From Maricaulis sp. (lineage in GTDB: Bacteria > Pseudomonadota > Alphaproteobacteria > Caulobacterales > Maricaulaceae), in NCBI RefSeq assembly GCF_017643585.1, contig NZ_JAEPND010000001.1: a DNA stretch of 64,000 bases. The stretch is one strand, 5' to 3'. Position 1 is the stretch's first letter. Every line of letters starts with the position of its first letter. A program made the position numbers and the translations under genes. Under the pieces are notes generated by a model. The model did not search any database. It saw nothing but the letters and a program-made list of their open reading frames with translations, and was not told where the DNA came from. Shown here one piece after another: positions 1 through 10,017 of this stretch.

Positions 1-558
1 TGCCGTATCCAGGCCAATCCGGGCAGCCGCGAGGTCGAGGAAACCAGCCTGGTCAATGCCGAACTGGGTCGGCGGGAAACCGACTGTCCGGCCGTGTTTG
101 ACGAAGAGCGCCGCCGGGTCGAGGAAATACGCCGTCGCCAGGAAGAGGAACGCCGGATCGCCGAAGAAGAACAGCGTATCTTCACGGAACGCCAGATCGA
201 CCGCATCGCCATGGCGCAAGCAGCCTGGGAACGACCGGGATCATGGCGCAACCGGGAAATCCCGCGCAATGTCAGCGGTGTCGACCTCAATGCGTGCCTG
301 CGTGATGACAGCACGGGCGAAGCGTACCCGGCCGATATCGAACCCATCATGGGTGATGCGCTGAACGTCGCGCTGCGCACTCATGAATTCAGTGCCTATC
401 GACAATATGCCGTCGTCTTCCTGCGCAGCGGTGAGCTGATGATTCTGCAGATGCAGAACGCTTTCCACCAGAACGAACTGCCCCGCGGCTACACGGCGGG
501 TACGGATGAACAGGGACTGACCTGGGATGTGAAGGATTATCGCGGCATGCGCTGCTGA
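1..558 (+). CDS. hypothetical protein, 5' end outside window
   Basis: Frame 1 is open from nt 1 to TGA 556-558 (the ORF track starts it at GTG 94). It has a Glu/Arg-rich helical stretch EERRRVEEIRRRQEEERRIAEEEQ followed by a globular C-terminus. No family recognised. Confidence 0.4.
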   Translation, partial: CRIQANPGSREVEETSLVNAELGRRETDCPAVFDEERRRVEEIRRRQEEERRIAEEEQRIFTERQIDRIAMAQAAWERPGSWRNREIPRNVSGVDLNACLRDDSTGEAYPADIEPIMGDALNVALRTHEFSAYRQYAVVFLRSGELMILQMQNAFHQNELPRGYTAGTDEQGLTWDVKDYRGMRC

Positions 559-565
559 TCCTGTG

Positions 566-590
566 AAGGGGCAGGCCCGGCTTGCCCCTT
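566..590 (+). terminator. weak intrinsic-terminator-like hairpin
   Basis: AAGGGGCA (566-573) pairs with TGCCCCTT (583-590) around a 9-nt loop. Only a short T-containing tail (GCACTTTG) follows. Confidence 0.35.
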
Positions 591-641
591 GCACTTTGTG
601 ACGGTCATGCTATCCGCCCCGCAACACAGCGGGAGATCCTC

Positions 642-1313
642 ATGTCAGACAAGATCATCGTCACCGGCGCCCTCGGCATTCTGGGCCAGGCCGTCGTCGC
701 TCACCTGGTCAAGACCGGCGCAACCGTCACCGCGATCGATCTGGCTGCCGACAATGGCTCCAGCGCAGCGCAGCACGTCATCGGCGGTGTCGATCTGACC
801 AATGAGGCGGCGGTCCAGACCGCCTTCGCCGCTGCGAAGGAAAAGATGGAGGGCCTGACCGGCATCGCCAATATCGCCGGCGGTTTCATCTGGCAGACGG
901 TGGCTGACGGTGAAATCGACGGTTTCGACAAGATGTTCCGCATCAATCTGAAAACCGCCGCGATCGCCTCGCGCACGGCGTTCTCCCTGTTCGAAGGCGA
1001 TGCGGCGATCGTCAATATCGGCGCTTCTGCGGTGAAAGCCCCGGGTCTGGGCATGGCCGCCTACACGGCCTCGAAGGCCGGTGTGCACGCACTCACCGAA
1101 AGCCTGGCGGAGGAAGGCGCGAGCGCCGGCGTGCGCGTCAACGCAGTCCTGCCGACCATCCTCGATACCCCCACCAACCGCGCTGACATGCCCGATGCGG
1201 ACACGTCCAGCTGGGTGAAACCGGAAGCGGCGGCAGAGGTGATCGGTTTTCTTCTGTCCGGCAGCAGCCGCGCCATCACCGGCGCGCTGGTCCCGGTCAA
1301 TCGCGGCGGTTAG
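642..1313 (+). CDS. SDR-family NAD(P)-dependent oxidoreductase
   Basis: Glycine-rich dinucleotide motif IIVTGALGILG and catalytic YTASK (YxxxK). ATG 642 is preceded by GGGAGA. The ORF-track start at 582 is TTG with no SD. Confidence 0.8.
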   Translation: MSDKIIVTGALGILGQAVVAHLVKTGATVTAIDLAADNGSSAAQHVIGGVDLTNEAAVQTAFAAAKEKMEGLTGIANIAGGFIWQTVADGEIDGFDKMFRINLKTAAIASRTAFSLFEGDAAIVNIGASAVKAPGLGMAAYTASKAGVHALTESLAEEGASAGVRVNAVLPTILDTPTNRADMPDADTSSWVKPEAAAEVIGFLLSGSSRAITGALVPVNRGG

Positions 1314-2164
1314 GCCGCAGCCAGTCTCATCGCGATCAGTCCACCGACCAGCACGACCGACAGTGCGATCCGGCGTTTGCCGAAACCTTCCTTGAGCACG
1401 ACAGCGGCGAGGATTGCGCCGATGACGACCGAGGTCTCGCGCAGGGCCGACATGGGCCCCACGGCGGCATTGGCGTAGGCGAACAACGCAAAACCATAGC
1501 TGCCCAGTCCGAACAGCGACGCGATAGCGCCGGATTTGAACTCCTGGCGCATCAGTCCCGGCAGGTCACGCCCCCTGCGGATCAGGGCGGTCAGCAGGAT
1601 CGGCACCGCCGTCACCACCGCAAACCAGGCCAGATAGACAAAGGGACTGCTGGCCGCGCGCGCGCCCGACGCATCATTGACAGAATAGAGCGCTGTCATG
1701 CCGGCCGCGAGGAAAGCAAATCCGATCGCCTGAACCTTGGGACGCCCACCCTTTTCCGGCCAACCGAAACCCAGAACCGCCAGCGAGGCCACGACCAGGC
1801 CGGCAACCTCCCAGATCGACAAAACCTCGCCCAGTACCAGAAAGGCCACGAGCCCCGCCAGCAGCGGCGCGCCGCCGCGCATGATCGGATAGACCAGCCC
1901 CATATCGCCGTGTTCGAACGCACGGATCATCGCCATCTGGAAAGCCCAATGCAGGGCCGCGCCCAGCAACAGGAAGCGCCAGACGCTCCACTCCGGGACG
2001 GGATTGCTCAGCAGGATGGGCAGGACATAGACCGCGCCGATCGACATCATCGTGGCGCGAAAGACCAGGCGGTCACCCGCCTGTTTGGTCAGCAGCCCCA
2101 TGAAGGCATGCAGGCTCGCCGAGCACAGCATGGCCAGGCTGGCGAGCGGGAGGGCTTCGAGCAA
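1310..2164 (-). CDS. DMT/EamA-family membrane transporter
   Basis: 284-aa protein that is hydrophobic throughout, with about 10 predicted helices in two halves, as in EamA/RhaT-type permeases. Its stop overlaps the SDR stop by 4 nt. Confidence 0.65.
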   Translation of the reverse strand: MLEALPLASLAMLCSASLHAFMGLLTKQAGDRLVFRATMMSIGAVYVLPILLSNPVPEWSVWRFLLLGAALHWAFQMAMIRAFEHGDMGLVYPIMRGGAPLLAGLVAFLVLGEVLSIWEVAGLVVASLAVLGFGWPEKGGRPKVQAIGFAFLAAGMTALYSVNDASGARAASSPFVYLAWFAVVTAVPILLTALIRRGRDLPGLMRQEFKSGAIASLFGLGSYGFALFAYANAAVGPMSALRETSVVIGAILAAVVLKEGFGKRRIALSVVLVGGLIAMRLAAA

Positions 2165-2167
2165 GCC

Positions 2168-3097
2168 TTACGCCTCCAGGCCCGCAATGGCGCGGGCAAA
2201 ACCCAGCGCGCTGAACGGCTGGAGATCCTCTTCGCCTTCACCGATACCGATATAGTGGATCGGCAACTGGAATTTCTCCGCCACCTGGACCAGGGCACCG
2301 CCCTTGGCCGTGCCGTCCAGCTTGGTCATGATCACGCCGGTCACATCGGACGCTTCCAGGAAGGCTTCAGCCTGTGACACCGCGTTGGAGCCAACCGTGC
2401 CATCAAGCACCAGCAACACCTCATGCGGCGCGTCAGGGATTTTCTTGCGAATGACTCGAACGATCTTGCGGAGCTCTTCCATCAGCTCGGACTTGTTCTG
2501 CAGACGTCCGGCCGTGTCGATCAGCACCACATCATGACCGCCACGCTCGGCTTCTTCGAGCGCATCGAACGCCAGCCCGGCCGCATCGGCGCCGATATCA
2601 CGCTTGACGACCGGTGCCTTGGCCCGCTCGCCCCAGACAGAGACCTGTTCGATGGCGGCCGCACGGAAGGTGTCGCCCGCCGCCAGAACCGGATTGCGCC
2701 CCTCGCGCTTGAGCTTGACCGCAATCTTGCCGAGCGTTGTCGTTTTGCCGGAGCCGTTGACGCCCACAAACAGCACCACGCGCGGCCCACCGCCGGTCAG
2801 GTCGAGCGGTTTTTCCAGCGGTTCCAGCGTCTCCGCGACCACCGAGGCGAGCACTTCACGCACTTCCTCGTCGCTGACTTCCTTGTCGAAACGGTCCTTG
2901 GCGAGGCGCTCGGTCACACGCATCGCGGCAGCGGCGCCGAGATCCGCGGCGATGAGCGTGTCTTCCAGCTCCTCGATCGCCTCATTGTCCAGCTTGCGCT
3001 TGGTGAAGATCGCAGTGACGGACTCGCCCAGCTTGGACGAGGTGCGTTTCAGACCCGCAGCCAGTCGGGAAAAGAAGCCCGGCTTTTTCTCACTCAT
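2168..3097 (-). CDS. ftsY: signal recognition particle receptor FtsY
   Basis: SRP-GTPase motifs GVNGSGKTTTLGK (G1), DTAGR (G3) and TKLDGTAKGG (G4). Sits downstream of mtaB, as is typical in alphaproteobacteria. Confidence 0.95.
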   Translation of the reverse strand: MSEKKPGFFSRLAAGLKRTSSKLGESVTAIFTKRKLDNEAIEELEDTLIAADLGAAAAMRVTERLAKDRFDKEVSDEEVREVLASVVAETLEPLEKPLDLTGGGPRVVLFVGVNGSGKTTTLGKIAVKLKREGRNPVLAAGDTFRAAAIEQVSVWGERAKAPVVKRDIGADAAGLAFDALEEAERGGHDVVLIDTAGRLQNKSELMEELRKIVRVIRKKIPDAPHEVLLVLDGTVGSNAVSQAEAFLEASDVTGVIMTKLDGTAKGGALVQVAEKFQLPIHYIGIGEGEEDLQPFSALGFARAIAGLEA

Positions 3098-4428
3098 TCG
3101 ACGAGATTCCCCTGCAATTCACGCCCGTCATGACCCGAAACCTCGATATTCACAAGCGCGCCGGGCCGCGGCGCCGTGTCGGAGGGGTAGCGAATGGCGG
3201 CAAAGTTTCCGGCGCGGGCAAATCCCGGCTTCTCGACCAGTGCCGCATCAACCCGCCCGATCATGCTGTAGAGATGGCGAGTGAGCGCTTGTTCAGCCTT
3301 GGCGCGCAATCGTGCAGCGCGCGCCTTGATCACGGCTCGATCCAGTTGCGGCATGCGTGCGGCCGGCGTGCCTGGACGCGGCGAGAACGGGAAAACGTGC
3401 AGATAGGCCAGCTGGCACTCGTCCACGAGTTTGAGCGAGTTCTCGAACATCGCCTCGGTCTCGGTCGGGAAACCGGCGATTAGATCCGCGCCGAAGGCGA
3501 TCTCCGGCCGCGCCTCTTTCAGGCGCGTGCACAAGGCGATGGCATCATCGCGCAGGTGGCGACGCTTCATGCGCTTGAGGATCATGTCGTCCCCGGCCTG
3601 GAGTGACAGGTGGAGATAGGGCGCGACCCGCGCTTCGCCGGTAATGGCCTCGAACAGGGGTTCGTCGATCTCGATCGCATCGATGGAAGAAAGGCGCAGG
3701 CGTGGCAGGTCCGGCACCTGTTTCAGGATCGCCTGGACCAGACGCCCCAGCTGCGGCGTTCCCGGCAGGTCGCCGCCCCAGGAGGTGAGATCCACGCCCG
3801 TCAGCACGACCTCGCTGTGCCCCTTGTCGACAAGCGTCTTGATCTGGTCGACCACTTCGCCCGCCGGCACGGATCGCGAATTGCCGCGACCGAAGGGGAT
3901 GATGCAGAAGGTGCAGCGGTGATCACAGCCATTCTGGACCTGGACATAGGCCCGGGCGCGGCCTTCCATGCCCTCGACCAGGTGACCGGCGGTCTCGCGC
4001 ACGCTCATGATGTCATTGACGCGCACCTTCTCGGTGCCGCCCAGTAACAGATCCGGCTGGAAGGTCTCCGCCTTCAACTTCTCGTCATTGCCGACAACGC
4101 GGTCGACTTCCGGCATCTGAGCGAACATGTCCGGGTCCACCTGGGCCGCACAGCCGGTGACAATGATTTTCGCGTCCGGATTCTCCCGGCGGGCGCGGCG
4201 GATCTGCTGGCGGGCCTGACGCACCGCTTCATTGGTCACCGCGCAGGTATTGACCAGGATGGCGTTGGACAGCCCTGCATCCTGCGCATGCTTGCGCATG
4301 ACTTCGCTCTCCCAGCCATTGAGGCGGCAGCCGAATGTCATGATGTCCAGGCCCGGCCGAGCCTCGGGGGCCTGCTCGGAGGGCCGGTCCGCGCCCGAGG
4401 CGGCAGGATTGTCGTCGTGATCGCTCAT
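3094..4428 (-). CDS. mtaB: MiaB-like radical-SAM methylthiotransferase (MtaB type)
   Basis: N-terminal TFGCRLN...ES domain, radical-SAM cluster CDHRCTFC (CxxxCxxC) and a C-terminal TRAM-like region. ATGA overlap with ftsY. Confidence 0.8.
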   Translation of the reverse strand: MSDHDDNPAASGADRPSEQAPEARPGLDIMTFGCRLNGWESEVMRKHAQDAGLSNAILVNTCAVTNEAVRQARQQIRRARRENPDAKIIVTGCAAQVDPDMFAQMPEVDRVVGNDEKLKAETFQPDLLLGGTEKVRVNDIMSVRETAGHLVEGMEGRARAYVQVQNGCDHRCTFCIIPFGRGNSRSVPAGEVVDQIKTLVDKGHSEVVLTGVDLTSWGGDLPGTPQLGRLVQAILKQVPDLPRLRLSSIDAIEIDEPLFEAITGEARVAPYLHLSLQAGDDMILKRMKRRHLRDDAIALCTRLKEARPEIAFGADLIAGFPTETEAMFENSLKLVDECQLAYLHVFPFSPRPGTPAARMPQLDRAVIKARAARLRAKAEQALTRHLYSMIGRVDAALVEKPGFARAGNFAAIRYPSDTAPRPGALVNIEVSGHDGRELQGNLVE

Positions 4429-4602
4429 TGGGCTTGGATAAGGGGAAGCGACCGGGGAAAGTCAAGCGGTGTGGTGCGCGTGCAACGCTGAGGGGAAAAT
4501 GGCACCTCCTTGTTCCGTGAAACACGAATATTGCTCGAACACCCCCAAAGCTTGTGGCAATTTGGAATCATTCCAACAAAAACGCCCCCGGGGAGAGACA
4601 AA

Positions 4603-6972
4603 ATGAAACAGTCTGGAGTACTCGCTTCAACTGCATTGGCCACGGTGCTTGCCGCATCACTGGCCGTTCCGGCCTTTGCGCAGGATCCGGAAATCATCGT
4701 CGTAACGGCGACCAAGCGCGAGCAATCGCTGCAGGAAGTGCCGTTCTCGATCAATGCCCAGACCGCGGAAGACATTCGGACGACCGGCGCCGGTTCCATC
4801 GAGGACATCGCCCGCAACGTCGCCGGTCTCAACATCCAGAACCTCGGCCCCGGCCAGAGCCAGGTCTCGATCCGCGGCGTCTCGGCCGGCCAGATCGTGC
4901 GCGACCAGCCGGGTGTCAAGGAACAGGTTGGTGTCTATCTCGACGAATCCGTGATCTCGCTCTCGCTGTTCACACCGGATTTCGATCTCTACGACCTGAA
5001 TCGCGTCGAAACCCTGCGTGGCCCGCAGGGTACGCTGTTTGGTTCCGGGTCGATTGGCGGCACCATTCGCTACATCACCAACCAGCCCCAGATCGGCGAG
5101 TATGAAGCGGAAGCGGAATTCGAGCTCAACAGCGTCGCAGACGGTGAAATGGGCGGCCACCTGAAAGGCATGGTCAACTTCCCGCTGGGCGACAATGCTG
5201 CCCTGCGCATCGCGGGTTACCACACCGATTATGCCGGCTTCATCGATGCCCTTGGCGAAGGCGGCTCGCGCACCGAGGACGTCAATGGCGGCAATCGCAC
5301 AGGTATCCGTGCAGCCCTCGCAGTGGATCTGAACGACAACATCCGCGTCACTCCACGCTTTGTGTACCAAGAGATCGAGGCCGATGGCTTTAACCGCCAG
5401 GAACGCTTCAACCTGTTCGCCAACCCGTTCACCACTACCCGCCCAGCCATCAGCATGGGCGAGCGTGAACAATATCTGCTGCTGCGCGAGGGTTTCGAAG
5501 ACGAGACCATGCTGGCCGACATGACGGTTGAAGTTGATTTCGACGGCTTCGCCCTGACCTCGGTCACCAGCTTCATGGACCGCGCCATTCTCGTCAGCCG
5601 TGATGCTTCCGCACTCACCGGGTCCGTCTCAGTCGATCTGGGCTATCCGGACGCAGCCGTGCTGATCCCTTCCAACCTGCGCGATACGACGGATCTGCGT
5701 CAGTTCACACAGGAAATCCGCCTGGCTTCGACCACTGATGGCGCCTTCGACTGGATCGTTGGCGGTTTCTTCTCCGACGTAGAGCGCAACTACAAACAGC
5801 GCTTGCCCACAGCCGGCTATGACGCGGTGACAGATACGGTGCTGGGTGCTGGCACCTCGGCCGCGGTCGCCAATGGCTTCCCGGCAGACAGCCCCTACAG
5901 TGCCGATCTGGACTATAATATCGACCAGTTCGCGATCTTCGGTGAAGCCACCTGGCACGCCTCAGAGCGCACCCGCTTCACCTTTGGTGGCCGCTGGTAT
6001 GACTTCGAGGAAAACCGCACGATTTCCCAGGGCGGTCTGTTCTCGTCCGGCTTCTCCAATGTGGAAGACGACACGGCTTCGGATGGCTTCAACACCCGCT
6101 TCATCCTCAGCCATGACCTCAACGACACCTTCACCTTCAACGCCCAGGCGGCCCAGGGCTTCCGTCTCGGCGGCGTCAACGATCCGCTGAACTCCACCCT
6201 GTGTACGCCAGAGGACGAGGCGATCTTCGGCGGCTTCCAGGATTATGACGACGAGACGTCCTGGAACTATGAAGCGGGCATCAAGGGCCAGGCCAATGGC
6301 TGGACCCTGAACGCAGCCGTCTTCCACAATGACATTGAAAACCTGCAGGTGACGCTGGATGCGGGCTCTTGCTCCTCCCGCGTCAGCTTTAATGTCGACG
6401 AAGCCCATACGACCGGTGTCGAATTCGAATTCTCCAACCAGCTGACGGACAACCTGTTCGTCTCCTTCGCGGGCACCGTGCTGGAAGCCGAGTTCGACTC
6501 GACCGTCGTGGATGGCACCAATGCCGTTCTCGCGGGTATCCGCAGCGGCAACCGCCTGGCCTCCACTCCGGAAGTCATGTTCTCCCTCAGCGGTGTCTAC
6601 ACGTTTGACGCGTCCTGGGCGGGCAATAATGCGGAAGGCTTCCTGACCGCGTCCTACCAGCATGTCGGCAGCCAGTACACGCAGCCGAGTGACCAGGAAG
6701 CGGGTGCAGGCAACTTCTCCTCCGGTCTGCCATTCGGCGGCGCTACGGGTGCGGAAACCACCTCGATCGATCTGGAACTCGACCCGTACAGCATCGGCTA
6801 TCTGTCCGGTGGCATCGACTGGGGCAATACCCAGCTGACCGTGTTCGTCGACAATGTGATGGACGAGAATGCGAACCTGTCCTTTGACCGCGAACGCGGT
6901 GGCCGGGCGCGTCTCTCTTTCCGCACGAACCAGCCGCGCACCATCGGCGTGACGCTGCGTCGTCAGTACTGA
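4603..6972 (+). CDS. TonB-dependent outer-membrane receptor
   Basis: Signal peptide ending PAFA-QD, plug motifs IVVTATKREQSLQEVPFSI and ETLRGPQGTLFGSGSIGGTIRYIT, and a long beta-barrel ending ...TLRRQY. ATG 4603 follows GGGGAGAGA. Confidence 0.9.
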   Translation: MKQSGVLASTALATVLAASLAVPAFAQDPEIIVVTATKREQSLQEVPFSINAQTAEDIRTTGAGSIEDIARNVAGLNIQNLGPGQSQVSIRGVSAGQIVRDQPGVKEQVGVYLDESVISLSLFTPDFDLYDLNRVETLRGPQGTLFGSGSIGGTIRYITNQPQIGEYEAEAEFELNSVADGEMGGHLKGMVNFPLGDNAALRIAGYHTDYAGFIDALGEGGSRTEDVNGGNRTGIRAALAVDLNDNIRVTPRFVYQEIEADGFNRQERFNLFANPFTTTRPAISMGEREQYLLLREGFEDETMLADMTVEVDFDGFALTSVTSFMDRAILVSRDASALTGSVSVDLGYPDAAVLIPSNLRDTTDLRQFTQEIRLASTTDGAFDWIVGGFFSDVERNYKQRLPTAGYDAVTDTVLGAGTSAAVANGFPADSPYSADLDYNIDQFAIFGEATWHASERTRFTFGGRWYDFEENRTISQGGLFSSGFSNVEDDTASDGFNTRFILSHDLNDTFTFNAQAAQGFRLGGVNDPLNSTLCTPEDEAIFGGFQDYDDETSWNYEAGIKGQANGWTLNAAVFHNDIENLQVTLDAGSCSSRVSFNVDEAHTTGVEFEFSNQLTDNLFVSFAGTVLEAEFDSTVVDGTNAVLAGIRSGNRLASTPEVMFSLSGVYTFDASWAGNNAEGFLTASYQHVGSQYTQPSDQEAGAGNFSSGLPFGGATGAETTSIDLELDPYSIGYLSGGIDWGNTQLTVFVDNVMDENANLSFDRERGGRARLSFRTNQPRTIGVTLRRQY

Positions 6973-6996
6973 TAAAGCCTCGCGACTAATGATTAA

Positions 6997-7022
6997 GGGC
7001 GGCCCTCCGGCCGCCCTTTTTT
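6997..7022 (+). terminator. Rho-independent terminator of the TonB-dependent receptor gene
   Basis: GGGCGGCC (6997-7004), loop CTCC, GGCCGCCC (7009-7016), then T6 (7017-7022). Confidence 0.8.
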
Positions 7023-7115
7023 ATGCCTGCCAATTTCCCAGCTTTAGGCACATTGGCGCCGCCTTTGCGCGCATGCTCTGCCACACAGCATCCGAGCGGC
7101 TCGAAAGGGAGTAAT

Positions 7116-8039
7116 ATGCGAAACCGTATCTTGGGATTGGCAGCCGGTCTCACCACCCTGGGGCTCGCAGGGTGCGACAGTCCGGAACAGGTCTACCACG
7201 CGGGCCAGGATCACGCGCTCTACGACATGTCCCGAAGCGCGCTTCCATACAGCCCCCCGGCGGAGCCTGCGCCTGCTCCCCCTCCTCTCGATCAAGAACG
7301 CACGCAGGAAATCGCGCCAGACACGCCCGCGACTGGAGCGCAATACATCGCCTACACTCACCTTTACGGGTTGAGTTTCCAACCTGGCGGCGCGGAGGCA
7401 GCTATGGATACCCATCGCGAACGTTGCCGAGAGGCGGGCCCGGCCGTGTGTCAAATCAGGTCGGCGAATGCACGCACAGACAGAAACCAGTATTTCAGTG
7501 CCACACTTCAACTCCGTGCCGTCCCTAGCTGGATCGCGAGCTTTCGAGCAGACCTCCAGGGTGAGACGGAAGCGGGAGGCGGGCGCATAACGACCCAAAC
7601 TTCGAACGCGACCGATCTGACCAGCCCCATCCTGGACACCGAGGCGCGTCTGACTGCAAAACGGCAGTTGCGCGACCGCCTAACCGCCCTGCTGGAACAC
7701 GAAAACGCCAGCGTCGAGGAACTGGTCCAGCTGGAACGGGAATTATCGCGTGTCCAAGGTGATATCGAGTCCAGCGAGGCCCAGCTCGAGGCCATGCGCG
7801 CGCGGGTATCAATGTCGACACTGAATCTGAATTATTCTACCGAACGCCCGCCCGTCTCAAACGGGGCCTTTGCCCCGGTCGGTGAAGCATTGAGCAACTC
7901 AGTCCGTAACTTCTCCAGCGCGCTGGGCGATGTGATTACCTTTCTGGTCTTTCTCATTCCCTGGCTCGTCGTGATCATTCCAGGCGGCTGGCTGGCTCTT
8001 CAAGCGCTGCGCAGAATTTTTCGTAGACGCACCAAATAG
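7116..8039 (+). CDS. DUF4349-like lipoprotein with C-terminal membrane anchor
   Basis: Lipobox LGLAGC, a central coiled-coil (DLTSPILDTEARLTAKRQLRDRL...ELVQLERELSRVQGDIESSEAQLEAMRARV) and a C-terminal TM helix, which is the DUF4349 layout. ATG 7116 follows AAAGGGAG. Confidence 0.65.
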   Translation: MRNRILGLAAGLTTLGLAGCDSPEQVYHAGQDHALYDMSRSALPYSPPAEPAPAPPPLDQERTQEIAPDTPATGAQYIAYTHLYGLSFQPGGAEAAMDTHRERCREAGPAVCQIRSANARTDRNQYFSATLQLRAVPSWIASFRADLQGETEAGGGRITTQTSNATDLTSPILDTEARLTAKRQLRDRLTALLEHENASVEELVQLERELSRVQGDIESSEAQLEAMRARVSMSTLNLNYSTERPPVSNGAFAPVGEALSNSVRNFSSALGDVITFLVFLIPWLVVIIPGGWLALQALRRIFRRRTK

Positions 8040-8086
8040 CAATAGGCGGAAGGCTCAGGCGGCTACAGAACGCCTGTGCCACCTCT

Positions 8087-9946
8087 CTACTCCGGAGCGG
8101 CGGCTTCCTGTTCATCAATCCAGTTGCGCATTTTCGCTTCCAGGGCCGACAGCGGCATGGCGCCATCTTCCAGAAGGGTGTCGTGGAAATCGCGTATGTC
8201 GAACTCAGCGCCGAGGCGTTCTTCGGCTTCCGCGCGCAGGTCCCGCATCAGGAGCTCGCCGGTCTTGTAGGCCAGGGCCTGGCCGGGCCAGGCGATATAG
8301 CGCAGCACCTCGGTCCGCACATTGTGCGGGGCCAGGGCCGAATTCTCGAGCAGACAGGCCTCCGCCTCTTCCCGCGTCCAGCCCATGTAATGCATGCCGG
8401 TATCCACCACGAGGCGACAGGCCCGCCACATCTCATAGGTCAAACGGCCGAAATTCTCGTAAGGCGTGCGGTAAAGCCCCATGTCGATCGCGAGATTCTC
8501 GGTGTACAGCCCCCATCCCTCACCGAAAGCAGTGATGTAGGAATTGCGCCGGAAGTCCGGGACATGTTCAAGCTCCTGCGCAATAGCGATCTGGTGGTGA
8601 TGCCCCGGCACGGCTTCGTGCACGCTCAGCGCCGGCAGGACATAGAGCGGCCGCTGGGCGAGGTTATAGGTGTTGACCATGTAACCTCCGGCGACCCCGG
8701 TATCGATATTGCCCGGCCAGTAGCGTCCCGTCGTATAGGTCGGCGCCATGGTGGCCGGCACAGCGCGCACGCCATAAGGCAGGCGCGGCAGATTGCCGAA
8801 GAAACGCGGCATTGCGTCATCGGCACGCTTTGAAATCCAGGCCGCGTGCATCAGCAATTCTTCTTCGGTCTCGGCATAGAATTGCGGGTCCGTGCGCAGG
8901 AATTCGAGGAATTGGGCAAACGTGCCGTCAAATCCGGTCTCCGCGATGACCTCTTCCATCTCTGCACGGATGCGCGCCACTTCAGACAGGCCCCGCTGGT
9001 GCACCTCTTCCGGCGAGGTATCGAGGGTCGTGTGATAGCGCACCAGTGACTGATAGTATTCGCGGCCACCCGGCACCTCGGAAATGCCGATACTGTCGCG
9101 CGACCCCGGCATGTATTCCTCGTTGAAGAAATCCAGCACCCGCTGGTAGGCCGGGACTGCATGCCCGCGGATAGCCGCCAGGGTCTCGGCCCGGAGACGT
9201 TCGCGATCGGCCTCATCCATGGCGGGCGGCAAGTTGTCGATCGGCATGATCAGGATGCCTTCCAGCACGCCGTCCTCCAACAGGCCTTCCAACTGTGAGA
9301 TCGCCCCTTGGGCAATAATACGCGGCTGGGTGAAGCCGTCGCCAACTCCCTGGCGCATCCATTCGAGGTTCTGCTCGAAATATCCGTCGATCGCCTCTAC
9401 CCGACGGACCCAGGCCTCGCCCTCTTCCACCGTACGCGGCCGGGTCGAGGACGCTGAATAGGATGGCGTGAAGAAGAAACCGCTGTCCGACAGGAACGGA
9501 ATGCGGCTGGTGTCATACTGTGCAAGCTCGACGGAGAAGCGCAGCAGATAGTCCAGAACAGCGTGACTAACCTGTTCCGACGCTGTCAGCTCGCTGGCAT
9601 CAATCGCCTCGAGGCGCTCGAGAAACGCAATATTCGCGGCATTGTTTTCGGCCTGCACATCGGCGGAGATATCTTCCCACGAGGCAAGAGCCTCCAGATC
9701 TCCATCCTGACCACGGCGATAGTTGGAATTCGCTTCCTGGTGAGATTCATAATCCGTGATCAGCTGGGCAAAGGCCAAACTGGCTTCGCTGGCACTTTCA
9801 GCCAGCGCTTCAGCAGCCGGGCTGCTGGTTTCTGCCGTGTCGCTGGCGACATCGCTGGTGGCCGGCGCGTCAGCGGACGGCGAACAGGCCGCCAGGGCCA
9901 ACGCCATGACCGCGCTACCCGTCATCCAGAATTTTGTGCTGATCAT
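8087..9946 (-). CDS. DUF885-family secreted lipoprotein (metallopeptidase-like)
   Basis: Signal/lipobox ALALAACS and a HEAVPGHHHQ (HExxGHH) motif characteristic of DUF885. ATG at 9946 is preceded by GGAGGGG. The ORF-track extension to 10054 would overlap the upstream gene. Confidence 0.75.
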   Translation of the reverse strand: MISTKFWMTGSAVMALALAACSPSADAPATSDVASDTAETSSPAAEALAESASEASLAFAQLITDYESHQEANSNYRRGQDGDLEALASWEDISADVQAENNAANIAFLERLEAIDASELTASEQVSHAVLDYLLRFSVELAQYDTSRIPFLSDSGFFFTPSYSASSTRPRTVEEGEAWVRRVEAIDGYFEQNLEWMRQGVGDGFTQPRIIAQGAISQLEGLLEDGVLEGILIMPIDNLPPAMDEADRERLRAETLAAIRGHAVPAYQRVLDFFNEEYMPGSRDSIGISEVPGGREYYQSLVRYHTTLDTSPEEVHQRGLSEVARIRAEMEEVIAETGFDGTFAQFLEFLRTDPQFYAETEEELLMHAAWISKRADDAMPRFFGNLPRLPYGVRAVPATMAPTYTTGRYWPGNIDTGVAGGYMVNTYNLAQRPLYVLPALSVHEAVPGHHHQIAIAQELEHVPDFRRNSYITAFGEGWGLYTENLAIDMGLYRTPYENFGRLTYEMWRACRLVVDTGMHYMGWTREEAEACLLENSALAPHNVRTEVLRYIAWPGQALAYKTGELLMRDLRAEAEERLGAEFDIRDFHDTLLEDGAMPLSALEAKMRNWIDEQEAAAPE

Positions 9947-10017
9947 CTCACCCCTCCATTGGATCCAATTCGCCGCAGACTTGCGCGAACCGGACCCAAA
10001 GGGCAAGGGCGATGTGA

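Noticed and set aside
4429-4602. Possible riboswitch upstream of the TonB-dependent receptor
   Set aside because: The 174-nt leader has only short imperfect stems. I could not find a B12 box or a TPP, Mn or other riboswitch core motif by eye. A covariance-model (Rfam) scan would be needed to revisit this.
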